From a virus (taxonomy: Duplodnaviria > Caudoviricetes), in IMG/VR virus record IMGVR_UViG_3300044614_001468, positions 1-55,471 of that record: 55,471 bases of DNA; one strand, given 5' to 3'. A program made the position numbers and the translations under genes. Positions 1-9,462 of the stretch are shown here, one piece after another. Below the pieces are notes generated by a model. It saw only the letters and a list, made by a program, of their open reading frames with translations, was not told the DNA's origin and searched no databases. Positions within the stretch are counted from its first letter, which is position 1. Each line of letters begins with the position of its first letter.

Positions 1-127
1 TCGGCTGGTGCTTTGCTTCTGGAGTCAATCAAACTGCCATCGAAGCGAACGTGACGCAGCAGATCAACGACCAGATCAACCCGCCGATCATCGCTCCGCC
101 GCTGCCGTGGTTGCCTCCGGTTCCTCC
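1..127 (+). repeat. Exact 127-bp copy of 51225-51351 (circularisation / assembly overlap)
   Basis: Base-by-base identity for 127 nt, then divergence (t at 128 vs g at 51352); 127 is a common maximum assembler k-mer. Confidence 0.95.
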
Positions 128-245
128 TCTGGTGGAACAAAAGATCCCGGTTTTGCAACCTCATCAAATCGTCGATCCCCTCAACCTTCCTACCAGCGAC
201 GTTCCGCCGAGCGTCGATGGCATGTCTACTAACATCCTCGGCTAA
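1..245 (+). CDS. 3' part of small tail-fibre-associated protein (allele A of 51026-51445)
   Basis: Same frame and sequence as 51026-51445 up to PPVPP, then a different C-terminus. Confidence 0.8.
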   Translation, partial: GWCFASGVNQTAIEANVTQQINDQINPPIIAPPLPWLPPVPPLVEQKIPVLQPHQIVDPLNLPTSDVPPSVDGMSTNILG

Positions 246-265
246 ACAACAAAACACATCCCCAC

Positions 266-436
266 ATGATCAAACTCGAACTGACTCCTGAAGAAGCTAA
301 CGGTGTGCTGCAACTGATCGACATCGCCATTAAAGCTGGCGGTATCGCTAACGCTAAAGTCGGACTGCCTATCTTTGAAAAGATCTTGGCCGTCGCTCAA
401 GCGAGCCAGCCCACCGAAGCTCCACAGGGAGAATAA
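266..436 (+). CDS. Small hypothetical protein (56 aa, MIKLELTPEEANG...)
   Basis: Read by eye; clear homologue at 51447-51599 (MIKIELTPQQ...KAG...KVGLP). Confidence 0.8.
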   Translation: MIKLELTPEEANGVLQLIDIAIKAGGIANAKVGLPIFEKILAVAQASQPTEAPQGE

Positions 437-443
437 CGAAACT

Positions 444-485
444 AAAAGGGCTAGGTGTCTCTGGCATCTAGCCCTTTTCTCTTTT
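444..485 (+). terminator. Intrinsic terminator
   Basis: aaaagggctaggtgtc-tct-ggcatctagccctttt followed by T-rich tail. Confidence 0.7.
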
Positions 486-486
486 G

Positions 487-663
487 ATGAATAACGATAA
501 TACCACAGAAGCGTCGGTAGGCGCGACAATAGGAATACTTGGCGCCATCATTCATCACCTGAAGCTTCTCGGCGAGATAGCTTCACCGCTCGCTGCAATC
601 TTTGCAGCTCTTACATCTGGAATAATTCTATGGCGCGTAATCAGAAATGAAAAACGTCATTGA
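487..663 (+). CDS. Small membrane protein (58 aa), holin/antiholin-like
   Basis: Two hydrophobic stretches, basic C-terminus; positional counterpart of 51601-51777. Confidence 0.6.
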   Translation: MNNDNTTEASVGATIGILGAIIHHLKLLGEIASPLAAIFAALTSGIILWRVIRNEKRH

Positions 664-895
664 TTTTCTTGGACGTTTCTTCCAAAACAATGGGCATCTT
701 CGAGGTGCCCTTTATTTCTCGATCGCTGCATTGACTCCAATGGCGGCGTCTTTTACTGAATGGTCATCGGAGGATGGACCTAAAAATGTTTACGAAATTA
801 TAGCTGTAATGCTTGGAGCTTCTATAAGCGGGCTTACAGCTGTAAGAGCGTATCTTGATACGCATCTTAGTTCTGGAAAGGATAAAAATGAATAA
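647..895 (+). CDS. Holin-like membrane protein
   Basis: 82 aa, two predicted TM segments, charged C-tail, in lysis cluster. Confidence 0.55.
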   Translation: MKNVIDFLGRFFQNNGHLRGALYFSIAALTPMAASFTEWSSEDGPKNVYEIIAVMLGASISGLTAVRAYLDTHLSSGKDKNE

Positions 896-1064
896 CCGTA
901 AAACTACACTCGCTGGAATTGGAGCTATACTTGTCGCCGTCGGAGGCGCTTTGAAAGCTTTGTTTGACAACGATCCTTCTACCAATCTCGACATCACTTC
1001 GACCGTCACTGCGATTAGCGCGGGCATTGGATTGATCCTCGCGAAGGATGCAAAAAGTGAATGA
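888..1064 (+). CDS. Holin-like membrane protein (58 aa)
   Basis: MNNRKTTLAGIGAILVAVGG...AGIGLILAKD, two TM segments; close homologue at 51774-51956. Confidence 0.65.
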   Translation: MNNRKTTLAGIGAILVAVGGALKALFDNDPSTNLDITSTVTAISAGIGLILAKDAKSE

Positions 1065-1228
1065 TTGAACAAATCCTAACAGCTTTACTCAAATTTCTAT
1101 ATAGTTTGACTAAAGAAGATGACACAATTAAAAATGTACAAACGCCTCCAGATGTTCGTAAGCGTTGGAATGCTTGGGTTTCTGACAAGCTGCGCGACAA
1201 GGACGTTGGTGCTGGACCCCAGAATTGA
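1061..1228 (+). CDS. Putative i-spanin-like protein (55 aa)
   Basis: MIEQILTALLKFLYSL hydrophobic N-terminus; overlaps an out-of-frame lipoprotein gene; homologue at 51953-52096. Confidence 0.5.
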   Translation: MIEQILTALLKFLYSLTKEDDTIKNVQTPPDVRKRWNAWVSDKLRDKDVGAGPQN

Positions 1229-1352
1229 TGTCGTTAGAATTGGTCCAAATGTCGTCGGAAGGGTCTACATGTATTCCGACGGCAAATGGATTTTAACCGA
1301 TAAGATCAAACTTCCTGAAGGCTGGTACGCTGGCCCTGGACCTACTCCATGA
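1119..1352 (+). CDS. Putative o-spanin-like lipoprotein
   Basis: Signal peptide with lipobox LTSC, overlapping the upstream gene in Rz/Rz1 fashion; homologue at 52032-52259 (shared LPEGWY). Confidence 0.6.
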   Translation: MTQLKMYKRLQMFVSVGMLGFLTSCATRTLVLDPRIDVVRIGPNVVGRVYMYSDGKWILTDKIKLPEGWYAGPGPTP

Positions 1353-1705
1353 TTACACCCATTACTCGACAGTATCAATCTCGACGCGGCGATGCTTGGG
1401 AAGGTGAGACCTTTCGTTTGATCTCTGATCAAGGCGCTGCTTATTGGACAAATCCAGTTGTTCGCTCTCAGATGCGTATCAATCCAAATTCACCTCAAGT
1501 CATTCATCAGTTTGTTATTACGCCAGTAATTACGACAGAAGGAACGAATGGTGTTCTGACTTTTCAAATAAATCTTTCGGAAGCTGAAAGTCTTGGAATT
1601 AACCCATCTTTTTATGTCGGCGACATTGATGTAAGGTCTGACAACTTTCCGCGCTCGACAATCTGCACGTATACTTTTGAGCAACTCATTGATATTACCC
1701 GTTAA
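1349..1705 (+). CDS. Beta-rich tail/baseplate-associated protein (BppU N-terminal-like)
   Basis: RRGD motif near N-terminus, beta-strand pattern; counterpart 52256-52606. Confidence 0.5.
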   Translation: MITPITRQYQSRRGDAWEGETFRLISDQGAAYWTNPVVRSQMRINPNSPQVIHQFVITPVITTEGTNGVLTFQINLSEAESLGINPSFYVGDIDVRSDNFPRSTICTYTFEQLIDITR

Positions 1706-1708
1706 GTT

Positions 1709-1933
1709 ATGGCAGAAATAATTATTGAGGTTGTCCCAGCGCCTATCATTAATGTAACGCTGGAAACTTTTGCAGGAACACAAGGTCCAGTTGGACCTGC
1801 TGGCCCTGCTGGTCAGGGCGTACCTGTAGGTGGCACAACTGGTCAAGTTCTTGCAAAAATTGATAGCACAAACTACAACACTCAGTGGGTTACTCCGCCA
1901 TCATCTATTGTGGCGGCTTTAATTTTTGGCTAA
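1709..1933 (+). CDS. Short collagen-repeat tail-associated protein
   Basis: GTQGPVGPAGPAGQG and GGTTGQVLAK motifs typical of fibre proteins. Confidence 0.6.
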   Translation: MAEIIIEVVPAPIINVTLETFAGTQGPVGPAGPAGQGVPVGGTTGQVLAKIDSTNYNTQWVTPPSSIVAALIFG

Positions 1934-1935
1934 AT

Positions 1936-4900
1936 ATGAAACTATTCATTACACCATCTTATACTTTTACGCCCGGCGCTTCTGGTGTCGGTACTGTAAA
2001 TCTGTCAGGCATTTCTGGTTTTGACATTAAATATCTTGTCGCGATCATCAATCAGACTCGCGGCATTGTAATTTACGCGACGGGTGACACTGCAACTCGT
2101 TATACGAATGTCGCTGGAACCACAGTCACGCTAAATTATGATACGTCTGCGCAAAGCGGTGCAGATGTTTTGCAGGTTATTTACGAAGTCACGTCGGTTA
2201 ATCCTCTTACGGATGCTCAGCTTAGGGCGACGGCTGTTCCTGTCTCTGGTACTTTTTTCCAAGCTACACAGCCGGTTTCTGCTGCAAGCCTTCCGCTTCC
2301 TTCTGGCGCTGCTACTGCCACAAATCAAACGACTGGAAATACTTCGCTAAGCAACATCGACGGCAAACTTCCGGCGCTTGTTTCTAGCCGCGTGCCTGTT
2401 GATGGAAGTGGTGTAACTCAGCCAGTTTCTGGCACGTTTTGGCAAGCGACTCAACCTGTCAGCATCGCATCGTCTGTTCCTGTTACAGGTCCGTTGACCG
2501 ACGCTCAGCTTCGCGCGTCAACTGTTCCGATTTCTGGAACGGTAACAGCTAACACCGGGTTGAGCCAACCACTGACAGACGCTCAGCTTCGTGCTTCTGC
2601 TGTTCCGGTTAGTGGAACCGTTACCGCCAACACCGGGCTTACTCAGCCTCTTACCGACACGCAACTCCGTGCAGCGGCTGTTCCGGTCAGTGGCACGTTC
2701 TTTCAAGCAACGCAGCCGGTAAGCGGAACTGTGACGGCAAACACTGGGTTGAGTCAGCCTCTCACTGATGCTGAACTTCGCGCAAGCGCTGTCCCTGTTT
2801 CAGTCGGTTCCATTGCGCTTCCGACAGGTGCTTCTACGTCAGCACTTCAAACGACTGGAAATTCCTCGCTTTCAAGTATTGACGGCAAAATAAATTCGCT
2901 TGGCCAAAAGACAATGGCCAACTCAATGCCTGTCACTATTGCATCTGATCAATCAGCTATTCCAATTACGGGCTCAATCACGGCGAGTAATCCTTCGGTT
3001 TATACTAATGGTGCAAATGTACTTTCGCCTACTGGCAATGTTACGTTTGTCGGCGGTTGGGATGGCACAAATCTTCGAGGTTTATCTACTAATGGTAGCG
3101 GAGCCTTGAATGTTCTTGGGCCGATGTCTCTTGCGGATTTTCAGTCGACGTTTGTTTCTAGTCGTCTACCTGTCGATGGCTCTGGCGTTACTCAGCCGGT
3201 CAGTGGAACATTTTGGCAGGCCACCCAACCAGTCAGCATTGCATCATCAGTACCCGTTACCGGCACGTTCTTCCAAGCCACTCAACCCGTTTCTGCCGCC
3301 GCTCTACCGCTGCCTTCCGGCGCATCCACGGAAACCACTTTGGCAGCCGTCGAGGTGGATACGTCGGCCATTGCGTCATCTACCTCTGCCATTGACGGAA
3401 AGACTCCTGCGCTATCGACCCGCGTTCTGGACAATGAAGCATCTGGTTCACCAGTCCGCGCAATTGGTCAGGAAATTTGGAACGTTTCATTCTCTCAAGT
3501 CGGGGCATCGGTAATCTCTGACCAGTTTGTCACCCCGCAAACAGGAACAGGCGTCTCATACAGCCAAGCATCCGGTGCGCTGGCCATCGTTGCTGGAACT
3601 ACTGCCAACGCTGAGTTCTTCACACGTTCGACGACTACTTGGCGCGGAGCCATGCGGCTCAAGTTCTCGATTGTCTCATCGCAACGTATCGCCAACACCA
3701 ACTTGGCGGTCATGCTGGCCGACCTTGTTGGCGAAGGTCTGACTGTCACGATCAACAGCGCGACAAGCATCACCGTTGCTCAAGCGGGCCATGCTTTCAC
3801 TTCAACGAGCGTCGGTCAGTTCGTTCAAGTGGGCCGCATCGTTGGAGCCGCTGGTGTTCCGGGCCGTTACGCCATTGCGTCTGTTGTCGCTGGTACTTCC
3901 TACAACCTGACCGTTGCTGGATGGCCTGCATCTGGTAGCTGCACCGCTACAATCTTCGGGCATTCGTATGTCCGAAATCTCGTCACCGGAACGACAGCCA
4001 CAGCCATCAACGTCGATGCCCAACGTCGTGGATGGGCGCAAGGCGACACTGCGGCAACGATTAACACAACGGCTTCTCCCGGTACGATCATCACTTGCGA
4101 GCTGACTGGCCGTGAGGTGTTCTGGGCCGATCAAGTGCGAGCATCAACCACGACGCCGACCGTTGCGGTTAGGGCAAACCGTGTTGAAAACATCCCAGAC
4201 GATAATCTCAACCTTTACTTGTTTGTCTGGAGCTTCAACGGCACGACCGCGCCAGCCTCCTCGACGACGTGGACGATGTCGTTCTGTTCGATTGAGAAGT
4301 TTGCCAATATGCCCGTCTACATTCAGGGCAACCGGGCGCAGGGAGCGATGAACCCGCTGCCGGTGACACAATCAGGAACGGTAACTGTCAGCGGTACAGT
4401 CACCAGCAACATCGGCACTGGAACGCTTACTGCCGCAAACCTTAACTTCCCCGGCATCATTGCGGACGTGGCATCGGCTGCATTGACCACGACGACAACG
4501 ACGTCAGCATTCACTCCGACGTTCGGCATTTGCTACAGCGTCAACATAGTTGTCACGGCAGTCAGTGGAAGCTTTGCAACAATGGACGTTGCCATTGAAG
4601 AGTCCGACGATTCCGGCACCAACTGGTTTAAGGTCTACGACTTCCCGCGCATCACGTTAAACGGACAGTATCGTTCGCCAATCATGCGACTGACTGGAAA
4701 CCGTGTGCGATACGTCCAAACAGTTGGTGGCGGCTCACCTTCGTTCACCCGCTCAATCAACCGACTCCAGTCCAGCACTAACAACGAGGCGGTCCGCCAA
4801 TTGATTAATCGGACCATCAGTCTCACTACGCTTAACAGCACGACGCCAAGTCTTGACACCCGTGATTGTGGCAACCGCGCTCAGTTGGTTATCAACGTCG

Positions 4901-5115
4901 GCGCAATCACGACAACTGCACCGGCCATTCAATTGGAAGGCAGCGACGACAACGGTGCTTCATGGTACAGCATCGGTGCGCCCCTGACTGCTGTGGATAG
5001 CTCTACTGTTCAACAGACTGTTGTAGACATCAACGCTGCTTTGATGCGCGCTAGGGTCAGCACAGCCGGTGTGGGTGTCACGGCTGGCTATGTGATGATT
5101 AAGGCGCACGATTAA
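1936..5115 (+). CDS. Long tail fibre / receptor-binding protein (allele A)
   Basis: Thr/Ser/Gly/Val-rich with internal repeats; ATG at 1936 matches the start of the paralogue at 53368. Confidence 0.8.
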   Translation: MKLFITPSYTFTPGASGVGTVNLSGISGFDIKYLVAIINQTRGIVIYATGDTATRYTNVAGTTVTLNYDTSAQSGADVLQVIYEVTSVNPLTDAQLRATAVPVSGTFFQATQPVSAASLPLPSGAATATNQTTGNTSLSNIDGKLPALVSSRVPVDGSGVTQPVSGTFWQATQPVSIASSVPVTGPLTDAQLRASTVPISGTVTANTGLSQPLTDAQLRASAVPVSGTVTANTGLTQPLTDTQLRAAAVPVSGTFFQATQPVSGTVTANTGLSQPLTDAELRASAVPVSVGSIALPTGASTSALQTTGNSSLSSIDGKINSLGQKTMANSMPVTIASDQSAIPITGSITASNPSVYTNGANVLSPTGNVTFVGGWDGTNLRGLSTNGSGALNVLGPMSLADFQSTFVSSRLPVDGSGVTQPVSGTFWQATQPVSIASSVPVTGTFFQATQPVSAAALPLPSGASTETTLAAVEVDTSAIASSTSAIDGKTPALSTRVLDNEASGSPVRAIGQEIWNVSFSQVGASVISDQFVTPQTGTGVSYSQASGALAIVAGTTANAEFFTRSTTTWRGAMRLKFSIVSSQRIANTNLAVMLADLVGEGLTVTINSATSITVAQAGHAFTSTSVGQFVQVGRIVGAAGVPGRYAIASVVAGTSYNLTVAGWPASGSCTATIFGHSYVRNLVTGTTATAINVDAQRRGWAQGDTAATINTTASPGTIITCELTGREVFWADQVRASTTTPTVAVRANRVENIPDDNLNLYLFVWSFNGTTAPASSTTWTMSFCSIEKFANMPVYIQGNRAQGAMNPLPVTQSGTVTVSGTVTSNIGTGTLTAANLNFPGIIADVASAALTTTTTTSAFTPTFGICYSVNIVVTAVSGSFATMDVAIEESDDSGTNWFKVYDFPRITLNGQYRSPIMRLTGNRVRYVQTVGGGSPSFTRSINRLQSSTNNEAVRQLINRTISLTTLNSTTPSLDTRDCGNRAQLVINVGAITTTAPAIQLEGSDDNGASWYSIGAPLTAVDSSTVQQTVVDINAALMRARVSTAGVGVTAGYVMIKAHD
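2203..2800 (+). repeat. Coding tandem repeats in tail fibre (PLTDAQLRASAVPVSGTVTANTGLSQ, about 26 aa; GTFFQATQPVS)
   Basis: Five PLTD.[QE]LRA units in the translation. Confidence 0.85.
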
Positions 5116-5136
5116 GTTTAATTATACTGAATAATT

Positions 5137-5379
5137 ATGGAATATCGAGGTGAAAAATTCTCTGGCTATAATAGCCCAAAAAGCACGCCCGGCGGACCAA
5201 AGAAGTCTGCTGTGCTTGCAAAAGAAGGCAAGGTCGTAAAACTCGTTCGCTTCGGCGATCCTAACATGGCGATCAAGAAACATATCCCAGCTAATCGCAA
5301 AAGTTTCCGCGCGCGACATGGCTGTGATAATCCCGGATCAAAACTTAGTGCAAAATATTGGAGCTGTAAGGCTTGGTAA
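5137..5379 (+). CDS. Small basic hypothetical phage protein
   Basis: VRFGDPNM...RKSFRARHGC...SAKYWSCKAW, a motif recalled from other phages; function unknown. Confidence 0.75.
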   Translation: MEYRGEKFSGYNSPKSTPGGPKKSAVLAKEGKVVKLVRFGDPNMAIKKHIPANRKSFRARHGCDNPGSKLSAKYWSCKAW

Positions 5380-5382
5380 TTT

Positions 5383-7233
5383 ATGGCAAAAGCAAAAGAC
5401 TATGGAGCTATCGCTGATGGCTCTACAAACTGTGCCCGAGCGATCAACCTCTGTCTCCATGAGACCGGGGTTGTAGAGTTCGACGAAGGCACATACATCA
5501 TCGGCGGCACGGGCGTGACCACGCCAATCGAATCCATGATCTTCTGGGGTTTCAGCGCAAAGTATATGCGCGGAATGAAGATGATTGGAAAAGGTAAAGG
5601 TAAGACGATCATCAAGTTCGCAAACAATACGCGAACTGGTCTTGTTATACCTTATGGCTTTAATATCTATCTTGTCAACACTTACTCTAACATCGGCACC
5701 GATCAATCATTTGATGCTGGAGATTGTGTAATCTCAGGAATTACATTTGACGGAAACTATAATAATAACTATAGCCCGAGCGATCCGGCTTATCTGACCG
5801 TGTGTGGTGTTCGCTTGATTGGAACGAATAACCTGATCGAAGATTGTGAGTTCAAAGGCTTTGGCGTAGGACCTCTTAACGCTGAAGCTTTTGCTTTACA
5901 ATGTTATCTGCCTACGACTGCGGCCGACAATGCTAAAGGCGCGATCGTGCGTAATTGCTCCTTTAACACGCCAGGCGCAAATAGCCGTACGGTTGCGCCC
6001 GGTGGCTATATCGAAGCAAACACTTCCGTGGTTGTGGCCGGAAATGGTATTGCTGGAAAATACGCTACGGGTTGCATTGTCGAGGGTTGTGATTTTACCA
6101 ATAGCTTGTTTAATACTAATCAACGCTCTCCGTTGCATGGTATTACACCAGCGGCCACGCGTGGATGTATTATCCGCAATAACACATTCACGAACTATCA
6201 AGGCCAACATATCTATATCGACTCCTACAAGAGTTTTAATCTGAGGATTGAGAACAACACTGCGACACTTTGTCCGCAGTTCATTACGTTCACGGTGCAG
6301 AATTGGGTGCGTCTGACAGGGCTTCCGTCTTATGCACCGCTGATCGCGTCGATGGTAGATGTGACGATCGAAAATAACACAGTCGGTCTCGCGGGGCCAG
6401 CTAGTTGGTACTACAACTTCAACAATCCACCCTACGACGCATCGTTTTTTCTTTATCAATACGATCGCGACGTGACGGATCTTTACAACCCCACGCTGAT
6501 CCCGGGCTTTAAGAATATCAATCTGCAAAATAACACAATCACTAATAGCAACGGCAGTGATATTGTGTTTAACAACGGCGGATATTGGCCACCTGCTGGA
6601 GCTTTCCAAACAGGTCAACCTTCTGGCCCTGTGCCTCCGATTACAGACATTCGAGTCATCGAACTTCCTACACCTCCAGCCGCACCTCGCAGCTGGGACT
6701 TTAAACCCGTCACACTTGAACCCGCAAAGAGTGCAAAGCCTGTCATTTTGAACAGGCTCGTTTACAAAAGTCTTACAGTGGCTGGGTTTACGCAAGCGCT
6801 AGAAGATTGGGGCGGAGCATCACGCATCTTTGCGACGCAGAATATTCTGATTCCAAATCAAAACTTCTGTATTCGTCTCGGTCAAGATATTCAAGTCCCA
6901 ACTTACGTCATGACCGTGAAGTGGGTTGCTCAAGGCGTTGTAAAGAGGTATAAACTTTGGACAAATGGCTACGAAGTCTTGAGTTATCCGCTATACAATG
7001 GCGAAATCATCCCCGGCGAAGGCGCACAGTTTGAATACTGGACGACTTCTTTCTCGCCGAGGGCTTTCTCTGAGGCATTTGAGTTAGAAACTGATATTCT
7101 AGAAAAACCAAGTGACTGTTGTGACGAGGTTGGTACCGCGCTTGCGAACGGTATTTGTCAAATCGGAGAATTGCCGAGTCCTTATCCGACAGTTTATCCG
7201 ATAGAAAACTTTTACGTTTGCCCGGTGGATTAA
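5383..7233 (+). CDS. Right-handed beta-helix tailspike / polysaccharide depolymerase
   Basis: KDYGAIADG N-terminal pectate-lyase-3-like motif, ISGITFDGN, repeated I.NN/I..C.F beta-helix rungs. Confidence 0.75.
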   Translation: MAKAKDYGAIADGSTNCARAINLCLHETGVVEFDEGTYIIGGTGVTTPIESMIFWGFSAKYMRGMKMIGKGKGKTIIKFANNTRTGLVIPYGFNIYLVNTYSNIGTDQSFDAGDCVISGITFDGNYNNNYSPSDPAYLTVCGVRLIGTNNLIEDCEFKGFGVGPLNAEAFALQCYLPTTAADNAKGAIVRNCSFNTPGANSRTVAPGGYIEANTSVVVAGNGIAGKYATGCIVEGCDFTNSLFNTNQRSPLHGITPAATRGCIIRNNTFTNYQGQHIYIDSYKSFNLRIENNTATLCPQFITFTVQNWVRLTGLPSYAPLIASMVDVTIENNTVGLAGPASWYYNFNNPPYDASFFLYQYDRDVTDLYNPTLIPGFKNINLQNNTITNSNGSDIVFNNGGYWPPAGAFQTGQPSGPVPPITDIRVIELPTPPAAPRSWDFKPVTLEPAKSAKPVILNRLVYKSLTVAGFTQALEDWGGASRIFATQNILIPNQNFCIRLGQDIQVPTYVMTVKWVAQGVVKRYKLWTNGYEVLSYPLYNGEIIPGEGAQFEYWTTSFSPRAFSEAFELETDILEKPSDCCDEVGTALANGICQIGELPSPYPTVYPIENFYVCPVD

Positions 7234-7253
7234 GAAAATCCCCAATCAACCCT

Positions 7254-7289
7254 AAGGGTTATCTCTTTTCGAAGGGATAACCCTTTTTT
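7254..7289 (+). terminator. Intrinsic terminator
   Basis: agggttatctctt-ttcg-aagggataaccct plus T-run. Confidence 0.85.
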
Positions 7290-7294
7290 ACTTT

Positions 7295-8473
7295 ATGGCT
7301 CTAAACACTAATCCTTTTGTCGAAGGCATCGACCCATCGGCTACGTTTGGCGGATATGCCAGCGTGCTTCTGCAACTCATTCGTCAAGCCCAGCCGTCGT
7401 CGACGTATGGGATGATTTTGTTTGACACCACGGCGCCCGACGTGACCGGGGCAAATGCGTGGCGCAAGCGTTGTATTTGGATTGATCTAACTGTTCCCGG
7501 CACGCCGACCGTGAACGTGTATAAGGAAGGTGGCTCGCCGGGTTGGGATAACGTGCAGTCTGTTATTCCTAACGACACGATCACGACCACGATGATCAAG
7601 AGTTATAACCCTTCGATACCCAATACAGGCGTTACACTTCCTAAACTATCTCCGAGCGGCGGCACAGCTAATCAACTTATCCGCGTCAACGGCACTGGGA
7701 CCGCATTTGAGTTTGTTTCTCTTGCCTCTCTTGTCACGGCTGGATCTATTCCAGTTGGATCTCTTATCACGACAGGTATTCCAGCCGCACAACTTCGGTT
7801 TGCAGGCGTGGTTGGACCGGGCGTCGCAACGTGGTATGATGCACAACAGATCATTAATAATCTTGCAAATGCCTCTATCCCGACAGATTTGATAGGACCT
7901 GCTCCCGCAGCAACCTCGCGCAGTCAGTTTCTCACGACGCGCTTAGGCGATCCTTTTGCCGCATGGCGTTATTTTGATCCCACGAATGATCTACAGGCAA
8001 ATGCGTTGAATGGTAATCGTTTGACGAATAACACTGTCGCGCTGAGTAAGATTATTCCGGCGACAACAGATGCGATGTTAGTTACGCAGGGCGGTGTGGT
8101 TGATTGGATTCCTCTTCCGACTGCGAATTATGTCAATAAATATGAATCAACTGCGACAGCGTTGCCTGCTACAGGTGCTACAATTACGCCGCTTACGCAT
8201 GGTTTAGGTGGACAACCGATTAGTGTTTATGGTGTGTTAGTTTGCGTTACAGCTGAATATGGTTATGTTGCAAATGATGAGATTCCTTTGTGTCAGGTCG
8301 CTACATCAAGCACAAATAACGAATTTCCAGTATTCTATTATCATGCTACCACAACGCAAATTCATTGCGTACGTTCAAGTTCTGCAGGACTTCTTACGGC
8401 TAGAGCAAATAACGGTAATGGTATTGCACTAACAGACGGTAACTGGCGCATCAAGTTCTACGCTATCAAATAA
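7295..8473 (+). CDS. Tail fibre/structural protein
   Basis: Composition, VTLPKL/VALSKI fibre-type motifs and C-terminal HGLG..P motif; context. Confidence 0.55.
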   Translation: MALNTNPFVEGIDPSATFGGYASVLLQLIRQAQPSSTYGMILFDTTAPDVTGANAWRKRCIWIDLTVPGTPTVNVYKEGGSPGWDNVQSVIPNDTITTTMIKSYNPSIPNTGVTLPKLSPSGGTANQLIRVNGTGTAFEFVSLASLVTAGSIPVGSLITTGIPAAQLRFAGVVGPGVATWYDAQQIINNLANASIPTDLIGPAPAATSRSQFLTTRLGDPFAAWRYFDPTNDLQANALNGNRLTNNTVALSKIIPATTDAMLVTQGGVVDWIPLPTANYVNKYESTATALPATGATITPLTHGLGGQPISVYGVLVCVTAEYGYVANDEIPLCQVATSSTNNEFPVFYYHATTTQIHCVRSSSAGLLTARANNGNGIALTDGNWRIKFYAIK

Positions 8474-9462
8474 TGAACTCCCTCATCCAACAAGTTTCCG
8501 AGACAGTCGGAGTTCTTCCTGACTCACAGGATAAAGAAGCTCAAGTGCTCGCGTGGCTGAACCGCGCGGCCGTGATGATCTATGACCAGTATGATCTGCC
8601 CGGCTCTGTCTTTGAACAGTTTTTCTGCGTAGACAACAACAAACACGTTATCACATTTCCGTGGTACGTGGGCGCGATTAGAGGCGTTCGCTGGCACGAT
8701 TCATCGCGCCTCGTGACCATGCGAGACATGCGGCCACGCTATCACGGTGTGCCTTGGACGCAGCCTTATCTACAATGGCGCCAGATTGCGGCCACTCCGC
8801 TACATACCCCGCTGACTAACGCGGGGCCTTTGACTTTTCAGATCAATGCGATAGAGACAGAGCCATTTGACATCATCGTCAACGGCCAGACTTCTCTTGC
8901 AGCGAATACAACAGAGATCATAAGCTTTACGCCCGGCGATCTCGTTAAGACCTCTGTCAATCTGTTCGAGCCAGAAAGTCCTTTTGGCGTGACCTCGATC
9001 AAGAAATCGCGTGCGACTAACAGCGACGTGATCGTGCGCGTGACTGCGACTCAAGCCGAAGTCGGACGCATTGCAAATAATCAACTCTATGCGTCTAATC
9101 TGCGCGTTCAGATCTTGGATTGGAACGCAAGCACTCCGTTTATTCTCGGAGAAGATTGCGTAGAGGTTCTCTATAAACAACGCTTCTCGCCCTTCGTCAA
9201 CCTTAACTCGATCTGGACTGACGAGCGTCTCGTACAGGCTCTTGTTTATGGCGTCAAGTATATCTGCGCTTTTGAGAAAGAAAAGATGGATATCGCTGAC
9301 GCAAGCAAACAAGTGATGGCTGAGATCTGTAAGGGCGTGTGTGAGAATCTCGAAAGCGGCACTGAGCTTATGGTGCAGACTGAGCGTCATGCCGCGCAAG
9401 ATGCTGCGATTATGTTCCCAGTTTGGCCGCTTGTTCAAGGAGGAGTTCGAAACCTATGGTAG
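8473..9462 (+). CDS. Putative head-tail adaptor (podovirus gp11/gp4 position)
   Basis: Position before nozzle-like gene; helical N-terminus (VLAWLNRA). Confidence 0.45.
   Translation: MNSLIQQVSETVGVLPDSQDKEAQVLAWLNRAAVMIYDQYDLPGSVFEQFFCVDNNKHVITFPWYVGAIRGVRWHDSSRLVTMRDMRPRYHGVPWTQPYLQWRQIAATPLHTPLTNAGPLTFQINAIETEPFDIIVNGQTSLAANTTEIISFTPGDLVKTSVNLFEPESPFGVTSIKKSRATNSDVIVRVTATQAEVGRIANNQLYASNLRVQILDWNASTPFILGEDCVEVLYKQRFSPFVNLNSIWTDERLVQALVYGVKYICAFEKEKMDIADASKQVMAEICKGVCENLESGTELMVQTERHAAQDAAIMFPVWPLVQGGVRNLW

Noticed and set aside
1-127. Biological direct terminal repeat
   Set aside because: It is exactly 127 bp, lies mid-gene and is not at the far end of the window; this fits an assembler k-mer overlap better.
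461-478. Sigma-54 promoter at ctggcatctagccc
   Set aside because: No GC at the N10 spacing; the sequence is the 3' arm of a terminator.
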